Source of the DNA: Octopus vulgaris
Lineage: Eukaryota
Direction of reading: 5' to 3'
DNA length: 64,000 nucleotides
Assembly (NCBI GenBank): GCA_951406725.2
Contig: OX597815.1
Span: forward strand, 27,218,001 to 27,282,000
Under the pieces are notes generated by a model. It was given only the letters and a program-made list of their open reading frames with translations, was not told where the DNA came from and did no database searches. Of the stretch, positions 62,818 to 64,000 are shown one piece after another. Position numbers and translations under genes: made by a program. Numbering within the stretch: position 1 is the first letter of the stretch; the number at the start of each line of letters is the position of its first letter.

Positions 62818-63030
62818 GTATCAATGGCTACCTTTATGGGAATCTTCATGAACCAGAAATGTGCATGAATGATAAAGTCATCTGGCATATCATGGCTCTT
62901 GGCAACGAAGTTGATTTGCATACTGTTTATTTCCATGGAAATACTTTCACTGTTCACAAAAACCATAAAGATACTTTCAGCGTACTCCCAGGAATGCTAC
63001 AAACACTAGAAATGAAAGCTGTAAATCCTG
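62818..63030 (+). CDS. Ferroxidase coding exon 10 (domain 4); not in the supplied ORF track; the gene continues beyond the window
   Basis: TAG acceptor. INGYLYGNLHEPEMCMNDKVIWHIMALGNEVDLHTVYFHGNTF...LPG...MKAVNP. Donor G|GTAAGT. 213 nt. Confidence 0.96.
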
Positions 63031-63502
63031 GTAAGTAAATATTATTCCTGGAAACATCCTGTGGCAGAGTTTAAACTCTATTTCCTCACGTTGTTATATT
63101 TATGACCTATGATTCTATTAGGAGGTATCAATAACCAGCAAGGTAATTGCTACAGAGTTACTGTCATTCTTATCTATTCAAATCTCTTTTAATAAATATC
63201 CAATTCCATTTTGTGTTTCTTACCTTGTTTGCTTTACAATAACGACAGAATGACCACGAGTAGAAATGCTGTCTGAATGCTTGATTCAGCAGGCTTCCAT
63301 TGTATTTAAGTTGAATGAAGATCACTCCCAATGCTGCAGTTGTTCTGGTTACAGTATTTAATTTATTACCATACTATGCCCTGTCTATTCTTTTATCCTT
63401 CCAAGGTAAATAAACCTAAGAAACATTTTATAATTGATAAATACAATAATATCAGCTTCTGTTCCTTGGAGCTGGATGGATTTGTAACTTCTCTATCCAA
63501 GT

Positions 63503-63917
63503 AATAATAATAATAATAATAATGAAATTATTGTATACAGTGCTCAGGTGCACCTCAACTTGTCAGAAAGTGCATATAGAGTATATGCAGTAATGTACAA
63601 ATGTCTGGAAAGCGAACAGTGTATGAGTCAGGTACATGCTTGCGTGTGTATGGAGGGGAGAAAATCAGGTGTAGTGTTGGAGAATCTCAGGAAGCATGGA
63701 AGTTTTGAAGGATGCAGTGCTCTGACAACTAACAACTGATACTGGCAGTTTGTTCCATGCTTCAGCAACTCTCAGCGTGAAAAAATGTTTCCGAAAGTCA
63801 TGGGAGCTGTGCTGTTTTCTGACTTTGTAAATATGTCCACGGGTGTTAGACAGATGGAGTTTGAAAAGGTGCTCAGAGTTATTGTTTGTAAGATGGTTAA
63901 TAATTTTATGGGTGTAC
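63503..63917 (-). mobile_element. CR1-clade LINE 3' end, second copy
   Basis: ORF 63665..63928 is nearly identical to the C-terminus of 59764..60090. Confidence 0.9.
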
Positions 63918-64000
63918 TCACAACCCACTTGTTTATTTACCTCTTATCATCTCTGCTGTGATCTATTCTCACCCAGACCCAACCACTAACTCCTATTCTG

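Overview
AT-rich, microsatellite- and SINE-dense eukaryotic DNA. The repeat families look like those of a coleoid cephalopod, most likely Octopus (inference). Bases 1-24,200 are intergenic and filled with decayed transposons: three full-length mariner relics with intact TIRs, a hAT relic, a Gypsy LTR/gag/pol fragment, two Penelope-like relics, an R4/Dong-type LINE and a ~1.8 kb tandem duplication. From 24,529 the + strand carries ten phase-compatible coding exons (2,020 nt, ~673 aa, signal peptide plus cupredoxin domains 1-4) of a hephaestin/ceruloplasmin-family multicopper ferroxidase that runs off the right edge. The most notable features are: several minimal Penelope-type hammerhead ribozyme motifs; SINE concatemers that reuse one palindromic junction at three independent loci; an LTR flanked by both a PPT and a PBS; long intronic inverted repeats (candidate A-to-I editing and circRNA substrates); a CpG-rich promoter/first-exon-like insert in intron 8; and an apparently complete Cu and Fe ligand set in domain 2. 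All coordinates were read by eye. Repeat boundaries are approximate unless a TSD or TIR is quoted.
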